Assembly (NCBI GenBank): GCA_963674595.2
Contig: CAXXFV010000017.1
Span: 1 to 64,000, forward strand
DNA from: a bacterium
GTDB taxonomy: Bacteria; Zhuqueibacterota; Zhuqueibacteria; Residuimicrobiales; Krinioviventaceae
Length of the DNA: 64,000 bases
Direction of reading: 5' to 3'
Part shown: piece after piece, positions 53,843 to 63,954 of the stretch
Layout: every line of letters begins with the position of its first letter
Numbering within the stretch: the first letter of the stretch is position 1
Program-made: the position numbers and the translations under genes
Notes under the pieces: generated by a model
Told to the model about the DNA's origin: nothing
Databases searched by the model: none
What the model saw: the letters and a program-made list of their open reading frames with translations, nothing else

Positions 53843-54673
53843 CTATTCTACAAAGGGTGGAGCGCCGTATATTGTCTCGACTATCTTTTCGAGCTGTTCT
53901 ATATTGTCTTTGGGACCTTTTACCAGCAAATGGGTACTGCCCTCGGCCCCGCCGATTCCACCGCCGCCGCAATGAATGGCCGTGACATCAGCGAGAATTT
54001 TTACCGCTTCAATTTCAGTCACAATGTCGCCGTTCAGCAAAAACATGGATGGTATGTTGTTTTCACTCGCAACCGGTTCCTGCATGGTATTGGTTATATC
54101 GATCAAACTACCGGCGACAAGCTTTTCAAGTCCGACCGGGATGATCAAATGCGCTTTTCGGGCGACAACATAGGGCATAAACGTTCCTGTTGTGCCGCCG
54201 GTTTTGCTGCCGATGTAAACTCCGGCCAGTTTATTGTTATAGTCCAGCGCGTTTGCCCCTTTAATCATTATATCTCCGGGCTGTAATTTTGTAACCGCTT
54301 CTGAAAAAGACATAGTTGAATCAATTTTACCTTTTACGAGTATAATTTCCGGTTTCATTTTCAACGGCCCAAACTTTTTGCCGCCGGCTTTAGGATAAAT
54401 TCTACCTGTGACAAACGTGCCGTGTTCAATATCGTGATGCAGCAGTTCCTGAGCGATATAGGTGTTTGTTGTGCCCCGTGCAATGATTATCATACCGTCA
54501 TCTAGCGCTTGCTGAATCATGGGCATTTGCACAACGGCTTTTGCAATGAGTGTTTTAGCTTCCGAAACCGTGAGTGTGATATGTGTCTGAACAATATCTT
54601 TATCACCGGCATAAATGTTTATCGCTATAATCAGGAGGAAAATGGTGATCGTGTTTTTCAGTACAGAGTGCAT
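53843..54673 (-). CDS. Secreted conserved hypothetical protein, NagB/RpiA/CoA-transferase-like fold suspected
   Basis: Signal peptide; ARGTTN, KGANALD, IPVGLEK and GGIGGAEG. Confidence 0.45.
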   Translation of the reverse strand: MHSVLKNTITIFLLIIAINIYAGDKDIVQTHITLTVSEAKTLIAKAVVQMPMIQQALDDGMIIIARGTTNTYIAQELLHHDIEHGTFVTGRIYPKAGGKKFGPLKMKPEIILVKGKIDSTMSFSEAVTKLQPGDIMIKGANALDYNNKLAGVYIGSKTGGTTGTFMPYVVARKAHLIIPVGLEKLVAGSLIDITNTMQEPVASENNIPSMFLLNGDIVTEIEAVKILADVTAIHCGGGGIGGAEGSTHLLVKGPKDNIEQLEKIVETIYGAPPFVE

Positions 54674-54703
54674 TAAAAATCCTTTTGTAAAAGTGTAAAA
54701 TTG

Positions 54704-54940
54704 CTATGAATTATCAGTTTTTTGTAAGGAACGGTTTTTACGTTTTAATTTGATAAAGGAATAAACAACAACAATTAATCCGGCGCAGGAGATAAGCGAA
54801 AATACCAGCACATTACGCCAATTTGTTACTTTAAGACCAGGGAATATATAAAATGAATGAGATAAAATGGCTGCATAAGCGCCGCCCAGAAAAAGTATGA
54901 CTCCTGTAAAAATGATCAGCACGTTTTTCCGGTTAATCAT
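54704..54940 (-). CDS. Small two-TM membrane protein
   Basis: RBS GGAG before MINRKNVLIIFTGVILFLGG; two hydrophobic segments. Confidence 0.5.
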   Translation of the reverse strand: MINRKNVLIIFTGVILFLGGAYAAILSHSFYIFPGLKVTNWRNVLVFSLISCAGLIVVVYSFIKLKRKNRSLQKTDNS

Positions 54941-55045
54941 TTTTCCTCCGGATATTTGAATTAACCACAGGATTAAATGTTTGAATACATTCAAGTTTTC
55001 CCGGACCCGTTTTATTCGCCGGTCCGGGAAATCAGTTCCTTTAAA

Positions 55046-56659
55046 CTATGCCTCTTTTACAACTTTCCAGCCGATATGGTCAGCCAGTGCATACACAGGT
55101 TCTTTAAGATCGCCGTAAAAAGTCACACGGTGCCAGCCGGCCTTGTCCCACATTGTAAAAAGTTTTTCAAAATCGCCCACCGGTTCGGCACATAATTTTG
55201 TACGGCAGGCCCTGTCATCCGGATCGTTTCCGACCGACTTTGCCTGATGGAACAAAATTTCCTTCTGGTCCGGTAAAATTTCCAGGGTGGTGGTCATATA
55301 TCCGGCCGGTAAAATGGAACGCACCGATGCGCCCTGTCGGTCTTCGGAATGGGTCATAATGGTAAAAGGATTGGTAGCGCCGTTTGGTCCAAACACTTTG
55401 GTTGAGGCCACACAATGGGCGTAGATAATTTGCCGTTTGGATGTGTCCATAACCGGATCAGAAATATAACCGGGACGACCCTTTGTCAGCAGTGAAAAAG
55501 CAACCATTGTGGCGGTGGACCTTGTATCACATTCGCAGGCGCCTATCAAACCTTCGTTAACAAGTTCATGGAACCCAAGACAGGGATAGGCATGAATGTG
55601 ACCGCCGTAAAATCCGCCTAAACAGTTGATGGTAATGGCGTTGGCATTGTGTTTTTTCAGAATGTCTTTCATGCCCAGATAAAAGGCAGCCGAGTTTTTC
55701 AGGGTTTCAAAGGGAACGTCAATAACTTCCGTGGCGGCCTTTTGCCAGCGTTCGGCAATGGTTTGCGATTCGTCAGGATCTGCTTTTTCCCATGCTTTAT
55801 TCACCTCTGCAAATGCAACTTTTTCCATGGGAATGTTCATGATCGGATCAGCCGAACCGGAGTTTTGGTCTCTAACTGCGAGTATTTTTGATCCTTTCAT
55901 TTGCTCAAGACATTCCTGCGGAGAAAGCGTGTTGACAATATCCTCATTAACACTCATATCACCGGTTTTTGCTGTATTTTTTAATCGTGTACGGGTTATT
56001 GTTGCTGCAAATTCGTTCGCATTGTTGATTTTACCAAAACATTTCACAGCCGCAATGTGGTCCTGGATATCGGATGAGGCGACAAATCCCTCGTTAGCGG
56101 CATTAGCACGTAAAAACCGGGCATTATAAACAAGAAAACCGCCGCTGCCGCCGAATTGGAAATCAGCATACAAGACCGGTTTGCCGGTCGTTACAATCGA
56201 TTGCACGACCCTGTTCCAGCAGTTCATTTGGTAGACAATGTATGCGTCAATGTTTTCCGTTTTGTCCTGTTCGATGATTTTTTCCGTCTCTTCCGGCCCG
56301 GTAGACAGGCTGGTTACAAAGGTAAATTCAGGACATTCCTGTTCGAGTATTGTATTGATGCGGTCAATTGGTGAGGTGAAATCGAAACCGACATTCGGCC
56401 AGTCCGGTTTTGGCTGTTGCAAAGCATGGAGTGAATAAATGATTCTGATCTTTTTTACCAGGTCTGTTTTAGAGGAGCAGTTGATCCCGGCTAATGGCGC
56501 CGATAAACAAAAAGCTGCGCACGCACCACACGACGTAATAAAATTCCGGCGCCCTGTTTTTAATGCACAGTTATGGGGTGATTTTAGATGGTTTTTCACA
56601 AGTTCTCCTATAATTAGATGTAAGATGTTTTTTAAATCCTGCAAATTATTGTTGAACAT
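55046..56659 (-). CDS. L-fucose/L-arabinose isomerase-like protein with a twin-arginine (Tat) signal
   Basis: GRRNFITSC...AFCLSAP; TINCL, YPCLGF, GACECD, YAHC, CRTK and WHRVTFYGD. Confidence 0.6.
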   Translation of the reverse strand: MFNNNLQDLKNILHLIIGELVKNHLKSPHNCALKTGRRNFITSCGACAAFCLSAPLAGINCSSKTDLVKKIRIIYSLHALQQPKPDWPNVGFDFTSPIDRINTILEQECPEFTFVTSLSTGPEETEKIIEQDKTENIDAYIVYQMNCWNRVVQSIVTTGKPVLYADFQFGGSGGFLVYNARFLRANAANEGFVASSDIQDHIAAVKCFGKINNANEFAATITRTRLKNTAKTGDMSVNEDIVNTLSPQECLEQMKGSKILAVRDQNSGSADPIMNIPMEKVAFAEVNKAWEKADPDESQTIAERWQKAATEVIDVPFETLKNSAAFYLGMKDILKKHNANAITINCLGGFYGGHIHAYPCLGFHELVNEGLIGACECDTRSTATMVAFSLLTKGRPGYISDPVMDTSKRQIIYAHCVASTKVFGPNGATNPFTIMTHSEDRQGASVRSILPAGYMTTTLEILPDQKEILFHQAKSVGNDPDDRACRTKLCAEPVGDFEKLFTMWDKAGWHRVTFYGDLKEPVYALADHIGWKVVKEA

Positions 56660-56959
56660 TATGATGGTAAACGTACTAGATTATTATGTCGTTTTTTTAA
56701 GTGAGGGTGGCGAATGAATCTGATATTATATCAACTCTAAAATAAAAACCAGCAATCCTTCTTAATAATATAATAAAAAATGAACAATTCAAAATCTATT
56801 TAAGCAATTTTGTGATTATTTTCAAATTTTAAGGCATAAACCAGGTTTTTTTCGTAACCAGATCATGTCCTTTTGGATTTGATAGACACATACCGTTGTA
56901 CTGAAAATCCGTAAATAAGAGCGGGGCGCAGGCGATATAGGAATTTAATTGAAAATCAC

Positions 56960-57025
56960 CTTGACAATAGTATCATTAATGAGTACATTTATGTATACAT
57001 TAATGTATCCATTAATAAGGTCAAG
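56960..57025 (+). promoter_or_regulatory. Sigma70 promoter overlapped by a tandem palindromic GntR operator array
   Basis: TTGACA(56961)-17-TACATT(56984); 12-bp units CATTAATGAGTA CATTTATGTATA CATTAATGTATC CATTAAT. Confidence 0.75.
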
Positions 57026-57027
57026 TT

Positions 57028-57678
57028 ATGGCAAAAGATGAAATTGAAGAGCGTATATACCGTTCAATTATAAAAATGATCCTGGATAATCAGTTTAAAC
57101 CGGGTGATTTATTGCTTGAAACGGATTTAGCGGAAAAGTTGAATGTCAGCCGTACACCGGTGCGTCAGGCGCTTGGACGATTGGTTGCCCAGGGTTTTTT
57201 AGATAAAAGGAAAAAAAAGGGATGTATTATTCCTGTTCCCGATGCACAGGATGCCCACAAGGTATTCCAGGCACGGGAAATGATAGAAGGGGCAACCGCG
57301 GCAGGGGCTGCTTTGAATGCGACACAGGCTGAGATAGACGAGTTTATTGCCATCCAGGAAGAACAGAATCGCGCTTTTCTTGAAGGCAACAAAGAAGACT
57401 ATTCAACCCTGAATGAAAAATTTCACCTTGGGATTGCCCGGTTAAGCAACAATAAATATCTTGAACGTTATTGTCAGCATATCTTTTGGCGGTCCAATAC
57501 CTATATTTTCTTTTTTGATCAATATTATAGACACAAACCACAAAGTGATGAATACCACCTTACACCGGACCAGCATGAAAAAATAATTAATGCCATTAAA
57601 AAAGGTAATCCGGAACTGGCAAAACAGGAAATGATTAATCATATCAGACATACATATCAGGTTCTTTTTAAAATATGA
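57028..57678 (+). CDS. GntR-family regulator (FCD domain)
   Basis: LAEKLNVSRTPVRQAL; FHL.IARLSNN and H.KII.AI. Confidence 0.92.
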   Translation: MAKDEIEERIYRSIIKMILDNQFKPGDLLLETDLAEKLNVSRTPVRQALGRLVAQGFLDKRKKKGCIIPVPDAQDAHKVFQAREMIEGATAAGAALNATQAEIDEFIAIQEEQNRAFLEGNKEDYSTLNEKFHLGIARLSNNKYLERYCQHIFWRSNTYIFFFDQYYRHKPQSDEYHLTPDQHEKIINAIKKGNPELAKQEMINHIRHTYQVLFKI

Positions 57679-57694
57679 AAAACAAGGACAACCT

Positions 57695-58915
57695 ATGGCA
57701 AAGAAAAAAATTATAATTTTAGGTCTTGGAATGCAGGGCAAAGCCGCACTAGACGATATTTTTCACAACTGTGATGTTGAGCAGATTATTGTTGCTGATA
57801 ACCAATCGGATCTAAACACGATCCGCCAATATTCTGAAAAGAACGTAAAGCTGATGAATATAGATGCATCCGATACAGCGCAGTTAACATTATTAATGAA
57901 GGATGCTTCTCTTGTGATTGATGCCCTGCCGGGAAATTTTGCTTTTTCTGTTGCGCAAGTTGCTGCTAAAGTCGGCGTCAATCTTGTAAGCAGCATGTAT
58001 TATATAAATCCTCTGGAAAAGGACCTGCAAAAAATACAAAAACTTTTAGAGCAGCAGGAACAAATTAATGAATCAGCAAAAAATAACGGCATTACCATAT
58101 TGCCCGAATTTGGACTGGACCCGGGAATTGACCTTGTTCTCGGGGCACAAGCTCTTTCCGAGTTTGATTCTGTTGACATATTTAACTCTTATGGCACCGG
58201 ATTACCCGTTGATCATTCGGCTCAAAATACGTTAAAGTATCGTTTTAGCTGGTCTGTTGAAGGTGTTATGAAAGCCTGTAAACGGCCTGCCAGAATAATT
58301 CACGAAAATCGTGATACTGAAATTAATGGATTGGATATTTTTAAACCTGAAAACAGGCACATCATCGAGCTTGATGAATTGGAAATGCCCATGGAATGTT
58401 ACCCCAACGGAAACAGCACCTATTATGCAGAAATTTATAATATAAAAAACACTGTTAAATCAATGGGGCGATATGCCTGTAGATGGCCGGGGCATTGTGA
58501 TTTTTGGGAAAGAATAGCCAATAGCGGTTTTTTAAACGATGAACCCATCCAGGTTGGTTCTCAAAAAGTGATTCCCATCGAATTTACCACGGCCTTGCTG
58601 AATTCTCAACAACAATTTCATTATAACGAATCCGACAAAGATATGGCCCTGGCGCGTGTTGATATGTCCGGCACAAAAGACGGGAAAAATAAACGGGTCA
58701 TTTATCAATTGCTTGATTTCAGGGACATGGACACGGGTTTTACAGCCATGCAAAGGACCGTCGGATTTACCATGGGAATAGGCGCCCGTTTAATATTAAA
58801 CGATGAGATACCCCAAAAAGGTGTTATTTCACCAATAGATGTTCCATTTAAAAAACTCGAAAATGGATTAAAACAGTATAATATGAACATCACCCGTCAG
58901 GAAATTTCTCTGTAA
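57695..58915 (+). CDS. Saccharopine dehydrogenase / lysine 6-dehydrogenase family protein
   Basis: IILGLGMQG Rossmann motif; GLDPGID, FSWSVEG, RWPGH and TAMQRTVG. Confidence 0.85.
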   Translation: MAKKKIIILGLGMQGKAALDDIFHNCDVEQIIVADNQSDLNTIRQYSEKNVKLMNIDASDTAQLTLLMKDASLVIDALPGNFAFSVAQVAAKVGVNLVSSMYYINPLEKDLQKIQKLLEQQEQINESAKNNGITILPEFGLDPGIDLVLGAQALSEFDSVDIFNSYGTGLPVDHSAQNTLKYRFSWSVEGVMKACKRPARIIHENRDTEINGLDIFKPENRHIIELDELEMPMECYPNGNSTYYAEIYNIKNTVKSMGRYACRWPGHCDFWERIANSGFLNDEPIQVGSQKVIPIEFTTALLNSQQQFHYNESDKDMALARVDMSGTKDGKNKRVIYQLLDFRDMDTGFTAMQRTVGFTMGIGARLILNDEIPQKGVISPIDVPFKKLENGLKQYNMNITRQEISL

Positions 58916-59658
58916 TGACTGTTGATAAAAACACTAATCCCATCATCGGTATTCTCGGATGGGAAAAAAGCAGTAATGATACATTGGCCCAATTGGATTT
59001 GCTGCCGGGCAATATTGCCCATCCTGACACGTTTGACTTTCCGGTCATATATAAACAAGTGAAAGGGGCCTGTTATCAAACAATTGTCGTAGATCCTGAC
59101 AATCAAGTTCTTCAGGAGATGGTCGAAACAGCAAGGATACTGGAAAAAGAGGGAATACGTGCCATAATGGGCAATTGTGGTTTTAATTCGCTCTTTCAGA
59201 AACAATTAGCCCGGGCTGTGAAAATTCCGGTATTTTCATCCAGCTTGTTGCTGGTGCCGATGGTTGCCCGTTTTTTCGGTGATGATCGAAAAATTGGAAT
59301 AATAACGGCTGATAAACCACATTTAACCTCGAAACATTTACAGGCAGTGGGAATTACCCCGGATATACCTGTTTGTATATATGGCATTGAGGAAATGAGT
59401 GAGTTTAAAAAAATACGACAGGATCCCAGTGCTGAACTTGACATAAACCTCTTTGAACAGCAAATCCTGGCAGTTGCACATGAAATGGTACTAAACAACA
59501 ACACGATCGGGGCTATCATTCTGGAATGTACGGATCTGCCTCCCTTTTCAGCGGCGATAAGAAAATCTACCGGTTTACCCGTTTTTGATATCGTGACCCT
59601 GGCAAACATGGTGTATGATGCTATTTGCGGAAATCGTTGGACCTTTGACAATCTATAA
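58915..59658 (+). CDS. Asp/Glu/hydantoin racemase superfamily protein
   Basis: Two-cysteine pattern GNCGF and ILECTDLPP; PGNIAHPDTFDFPV. Confidence 0.8.
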   Translation: MTVDKNTNPIIGILGWEKSSNDTLAQLDLLPGNIAHPDTFDFPVIYKQVKGACYQTIVVDPDNQVLQEMVETARILEKEGIRAIMGNCGFNSLFQKQLARAVKIPVFSSSLLLVPMVARFFGDDRKIGIITADKPHLTSKHLQAVGITPDIPVCIYGIEEMSEFKKIRQDPSAELDINLFEQQILAVAHEMVLNNNTIGAIILECTDLPPFSAAIRKSTGLPVFDIVTLANMVYDAICGNRWTFDNL

Positions 59659-59698
59659 AATTTTAATTGTATAATAAAAAAAACATGAGGATAAAATA

Positions 59699-61123
59699 AT
59701 GCCCGTTACCACCGAGCCGGGAATTCTGTCTATTTTACCGATTTGTTTAGCGTTGATTTTGGCATTTTATACCAAAGATGCCGTTTTTTCAATGGCAATT
59801 GGTTGTCTTGCCGGTGTAATCATTGCCGGACTCGATCCGTTATCCGGATTATCATTGCTGTTTCAGGAAGCGCTTGGCACAAAGGATTTTATCTGGGTGT
59901 TGATGATAGAAATTTCTGTCGGTGTGCTCATTGCATTTTATATGCGTTCAGGAGTGATTCAGGAATTTACAAAATGGGCTTTATTAAAAATTCGTTCCAG
60001 AAAGGCTGCGGCTGTTTTTGGCTGGTTGATGGGGATTTTTGTGTTCTATAGTGACTATTTTAGTCCGTTGTTTAGCGGGCCGATAGTAAAGCCCCTGACC
60101 GACCGTTATAAAATTTCCAGGGAAAAGCTGGCCTATTTACTGGATTCCGGCAGCGCCCCGGTTTGTACGTTGATACCCTTTAGCGGCTGGGCTGTATTTA
60201 TAGCGTGTTTACTCATCGGTTATGGCCCCATCGAATCTGCTAATGACGGCATGTCGGTTTTTATTCAATCGATTCTTTATAATTTTTATGGATGGTTTGC
60301 AATCATCCTGGCAGGGCTCCTGGCTTTTGGCATTGTCCCGCATTTTGGACCCATGAAAAAAGCAGAGGAAAGGGCCATTAAAGAAGGCAAAGTTTTGCGG
60401 GATGGCGCAACACCGTTGACCGGGAAAGAAATGGACCTGATCAAGCCCATTTCAAAAGAGAAAACAAGCCTGTTATTATTTTTTATTGTCCCGGTTTTAA
60501 TCATAATCGGCATTTCAGTAGGGAGTTTTATTGTTGTCAAATCACCCAAAATTCTCGAAGCCTTTTTTGCGGCTGTAATTTATATGGCAATTGCCATGAG
60601 CATTGGCCGGTATTTTGAAAATGTTAAAGATGGTATGAATGTAGCGATAAACGGCATAAAAGCGATCCTGCCGGCGATCCTTATCCTGGCAATGGCTTAC
60701 AGTATTAACAGCATTTCCCGCACACTGGGCGCTCAAACATTCATTATACATATTACAAAACCCTGGCTGGATTCTTTTTTATTACCGGTTATAGCATTCA
60801 TAACAGGAAGCATCATATCCTTTTTTACAGGAACAGCCTGGGGTACCTATGCCATTATGATTCCGCTGGTATTGCCTGTTTCAATGGAATTTTCAAACAA
60901 CACATTACAACCCCTGGTTTTTCTCACGGTCGGTGCGGTCATTAGCGGCGGCATAATGGGTGACCATTGCTCTCCGGTATCAGATACAACATGCCTGTCG
61001 TCCTTAGGCGCCGGGTCGGACCATATTGATCATGTGACAACTCAGTTGCCCTATGCTCTGTTAAGTGGTGTATTGGCGGCAATAATGTATCTTGTTCTTG
61101 GATTTGTATTTGTTCATAAATAA
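59699..61123 (+). CDS. NhaC-family transporter (LysW-like amino-acid subfamily suspected)
   Basis: SDYF, KISREKLAYLLDS, TGTAWGT, GDHCSPVSDTT and DHVTTQLPY. Confidence 0.85.
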   Translation: MPVTTEPGILSILPICLALILAFYTKDAVFSMAIGCLAGVIIAGLDPLSGLSLLFQEALGTKDFIWVLMIEISVGVLIAFYMRSGVIQEFTKWALLKIRSRKAAAVFGWLMGIFVFYSDYFSPLFSGPIVKPLTDRYKISREKLAYLLDSGSAPVCTLIPFSGWAVFIACLLIGYGPIESANDGMSVFIQSILYNFYGWFAIILAGLLAFGIVPHFGPMKKAEERAIKEGKVLRDGATPLTGKEMDLIKPISKEKTSLLLFFIVPVLIIIGISVGSFIVVKSPKILEAFFAAVIYMAIAMSIGRYFENVKDGMNVAINGIKAILPAILILAMAYSINSISRTLGAQTFIIHITKPWLDSFLLPVIAFITGSIISFFTGTAWGTYAIMIPLVLPVSMEFSNNTLQPLVFLTVGAVISGGIMGDHCSPVSDTTCLSSLGAGSDHIDHVTTQLPYALLSGVLAAIMYLVLGFVFVHK

Positions 61124-61223
61124 TAAATCGGCAAAAGTGAAATAACCAACTTAAAATTAATAGCTAACTGCAAAATATTTTTTAAATAACAATTAATGTA
61201 ATTTTAACAACTTAGGAGAACAT

Positions 61224-63023
61224 GTGCCAATGATTAAGACGGGAACTATTATCAGGTTGTTTGTGATTTTTATTTTAGGAACCACAAGCTTATTTGCGCA
61301 AAATACATCTTTTCATGTTGTTGACAACTTGAGCGTTGGTTTAACAGCCGCGAATTATGAAAAATTTGGATCAGCTATTGCTGATATTGATGGAAACGGC
61401 TATCCGGATATTTGTTGTACCCGATGGGGGGGCGTTAATTTTAGTCACATTTTTATAAATAATGGCGGAAATTTTCAGGATATCTCCGACCAAACACCGT
61501 TGGAGACTATTGAAGGCGATGAAGCATCTAAAAATACTTATACACCATTGTGGGTTGATTTTGACAATGATGGCGATAAGGATTTGTGTTTCAGCACAAC
61601 AACGACCTTGCACCTGCTTCGTAATGATGATAATGTTTTTACAGATGTGGCACAGGAGCTTGGTTTTGTCAGTTCCAAACCGCCTGGTTTTATAATGGAA
61701 TGGGATGTGCATCCCGGTGCCTGGGGTGATTATGATTTGGATGGAGACCTTGATTTTATTGCCAGTCAGTTAAGCAATCCAAACGTGTATCTATTCCGTA
61801 ATGATGACGGACATTTTACGAACGTAGCCACAGAAGCAGGACTTGATGATACGGAAATGACCCAATCCTGGAGCCTGTCATTTGATGATGTCGATTTGGA
61901 TGGAGATGTAGACATTTACAGCAAACATACTTTTTATCTTAATGAAAACGGATATTTTACCAATGCTTCTGAAACAATGGGTATTAATGATGATTTTGTA
62001 ACAAATTACCGGGAAATGTTTGATTATGATAACGACGGTGATTTGGATTATATCAGAGTAAACTCTTCAACAACAGAAGATCCGTCCATTCAATTATGGG
62101 AAAACCAGAACGGCACTTTTACGGATATTAGTCAGCAAGTCGGTTTGTCATTGTTTACCAATTCAACCCGCAGCATTACCATCGGCGATGTTGATAATGA
62201 TGGTGATCAGGATGTTTTTGTACATAATAACCAAATGGAGGGTTACGACCTTTTATTGGTAAATGAAGAAGTTGAGCCGGGCGTTAGGGTCTTTGCTGAT
62301 ATTTCGAATTTTATTGGAATTAACGTTGAAGGTGATAGAAAAGGCGGCGGTTTTTTTGATTATAACATGGATGGATTTTTGGATATTTACGTTGCATCCG
62401 CGGTAAACCATGTTATGTTTCATAATGATGGTAATGATAATAATTGGCTTGGATTAATCCTGCAAGGAACAACTTCCAATCGTGATGCCGTAGGGAGCAT
62501 TGTTACGTTATATAACGGTGACACGATGCAAATTCGCACCCAAAAATGTGGAAATCATGTGGCCAATCAAAACAATCCATTTATCCATTTTGGTATAGGT
62601 GAATCAACAGATATTGATTCCGTGGTTATCCGATGGCCGTCCGGTATCCGACAGGTGTTGACGGGCCTGGATATAAATCAATATCATAATATCCTGGAAT
62701 CGGATGATACCTCAATTGTTGAAAAGGATGATTCTGCAAAACCTGCATCCTTTTCTTTAGCTCAAAATTATCCCAATCCTTTTAATCCGCAAACAAGGAT
62801 TGATTTTCACGTCGGCAGCAAAGGCCATGTCTCTTTAGACATTTATAACCTTATCGGCGAAAAAGTGGCAACCATCGTGAACAATGTTTATTCAGCCGGG
62901 CAATATAGTGTTGTATGGGACGGCAGAGATTTTAACGGAAATAAATTGCCAAGCGGCGTTTATATGTATTGTTTAAAATCCGGCGACCTCAATCAGACCA
63001 AAAAAATGGTTTTGATGCAGTAA
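61224..63023 (+). CDS. FG-GAP/ASPIC-UnbV (CRTAC1-like) secreted protein with a C-terminal FlgD-Ig/T9SS-like domain
   Basis: Repeated DxDxDGDxD motifs; HFGIG...IRWPSG; AQNYPNPFNP...WDGRD..G..LPSGVY. Confidence 0.85.
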   Translation: MPMIKTGTIIRLFVIFILGTTSLFAQNTSFHVVDNLSVGLTAANYEKFGSAIADIDGNGYPDICCTRWGGVNFSHIFINNGGNFQDISDQTPLETIEGDEASKNTYTPLWVDFDNDGDKDLCFSTTTTLHLLRNDDNVFTDVAQELGFVSSKPPGFIMEWDVHPGAWGDYDLDGDLDFIASQLSNPNVYLFRNDDGHFTNVATEAGLDDTEMTQSWSLSFDDVDLDGDVDIYSKHTFYLNENGYFTNASETMGINDDFVTNYREMFDYDNDGDLDYIRVNSSTTEDPSIQLWENQNGTFTDISQQVGLSLFTNSTRSITIGDVDNDGDQDVFVHNNQMEGYDLLLVNEEVEPGVRVFADISNFIGINVEGDRKGGGFFDYNMDGFLDIYVASAVNHVMFHNDGNDNNWLGLILQGTTSNRDAVGSIVTLYNGDTMQIRTQKCGNHVANQNNPFIHFGIGESTDIDSVVIRWPSGIRQVLTGLDINQYHNILESDDTSIVEKDDSAKPASFSLAQNYPNPFNPQTRIDFHVGSKGHVSLDIYNLIGEKVATIVNNVYSAGQYSVVWDGRDFNGNKLPSGVYMYCLKSGDLNQTKKMVLMQ

Positions 63024-63048
63024 AAGTTTTATAAGAGGAGGGGGTATT

Positions 63049-63098
63049 AAAAAAGTCAATTGCCGCATTGTTAAATGAGGGTTGTTGACTTTTTTTTT
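63049..63098. terminator. Probable bidirectional terminator
   Basis: AAAAAAGTCAA...TTGACTTTTTTTTT between convergent genes. Confidence 0.6.
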
Positions 63099-63120
63099 AT
63101 TCCAATAACACCTGATATTT

Positions 63121-63846
63121 TTACGGCTTGAACCACTCGAGTAATTTTGCCGTCACCAGGTCGTGTCCTTTTCGGTTTGGATGGTTGACCTGGGACATGA
63201 GATCCTCAAGAGGCCCCTGGTTTTTTATATAGTCTTTAAAAGCCTGGTAACTGTCAACCAAAGCCACATCATGTTCCCGTGCAAGCTGACGAATTTGTTC
63301 GGCATGTTGATTTAAAGGATCATCGGGATCGTCAATATCCGCCCGTTTATCTCCTGTGGGCGTCAGCAAAATAACCTTAATACCCTTTGCCTTGGCCGAC
63401 TCTATCATGGCCGTCCATGCGGTTTTTGCTTTTTCCAGACCGATGCTGAGGTCGTTCAGCCCATAATCAATAGTAATAATATCCGGTTTGTGACAGAGAA
63501 CGTCCTGCTCAAAACGTGCGGCGCCTCCGGCCGAAGTTTCTCCGCCGATGCCGGTAACGATTACATTCACAACGGCATAGGGAAACTGTTTTGCCAGTTC
63601 CTTATGCAGCAGGTGCGGATAGGCGTTAAAGGTATCAACAACAGGTGTTTTAAAATACCCGGACGGCACACTGTGGCCATGACACACAATATTAACAGTT
63701 CGGTTTTCCGGCCATTGTACATTCAGTAATTTTATAATGTCAGCCAGGTAAGTTGATTTGTCTGCCGGCTGCGGTCCCTGTGCGGAACAATTCGTGAGTT
63801 TAACCAGCACCAATATCATTATTGTAAACAGGATTTTGATTTTCAT
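63121..63846 (-). CDS. SGNH/GDSL-family hydrolase (exported)
   Basis: HGHSV block I, GIGGETS, YGLND and NHPN..GH; start 63846 gives a signal peptide. Confidence 0.82.
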   Translation of the reverse strand: MKIKILFTIMILVLVKLTNCSAQGPQPADKSTYLADIIKLLNVQWPENRTVNIVCHGHSVPSGYFKTPVVDTFNAYPHLLHKELAKQFPYAVVNVIVTGIGGETSAGGAARFEQDVLCHKPDIITIDYGLNDLSIGLEKAKTAWTAMIESAKAKGIKVILLTPTGDKRADIDDPDDPLNQHAEQIRQLAREHDVALVDSYQAFKDYIKNQGPLEDLMSQVNHPNRKGHDLVTAKLLEWFKP

Positions 63847-63923
63847 AAAGAATCCTTGTAAATTTTGTAATATGAATGAATAACATGATTGACTAAACAG
63901 GATGGGGGAGAATATCATATCAT

Positions 63924-63954
63924 AAAAAAAGCGAACCATACCGGTTCGCTTTTT
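63924..63954. terminator. Hairpin terminator upstream of the SGNH gene
   Basis: AAAAAAAGCGAACC-ATACC-GGTTCGCTTTTT. Confidence 0.7.
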
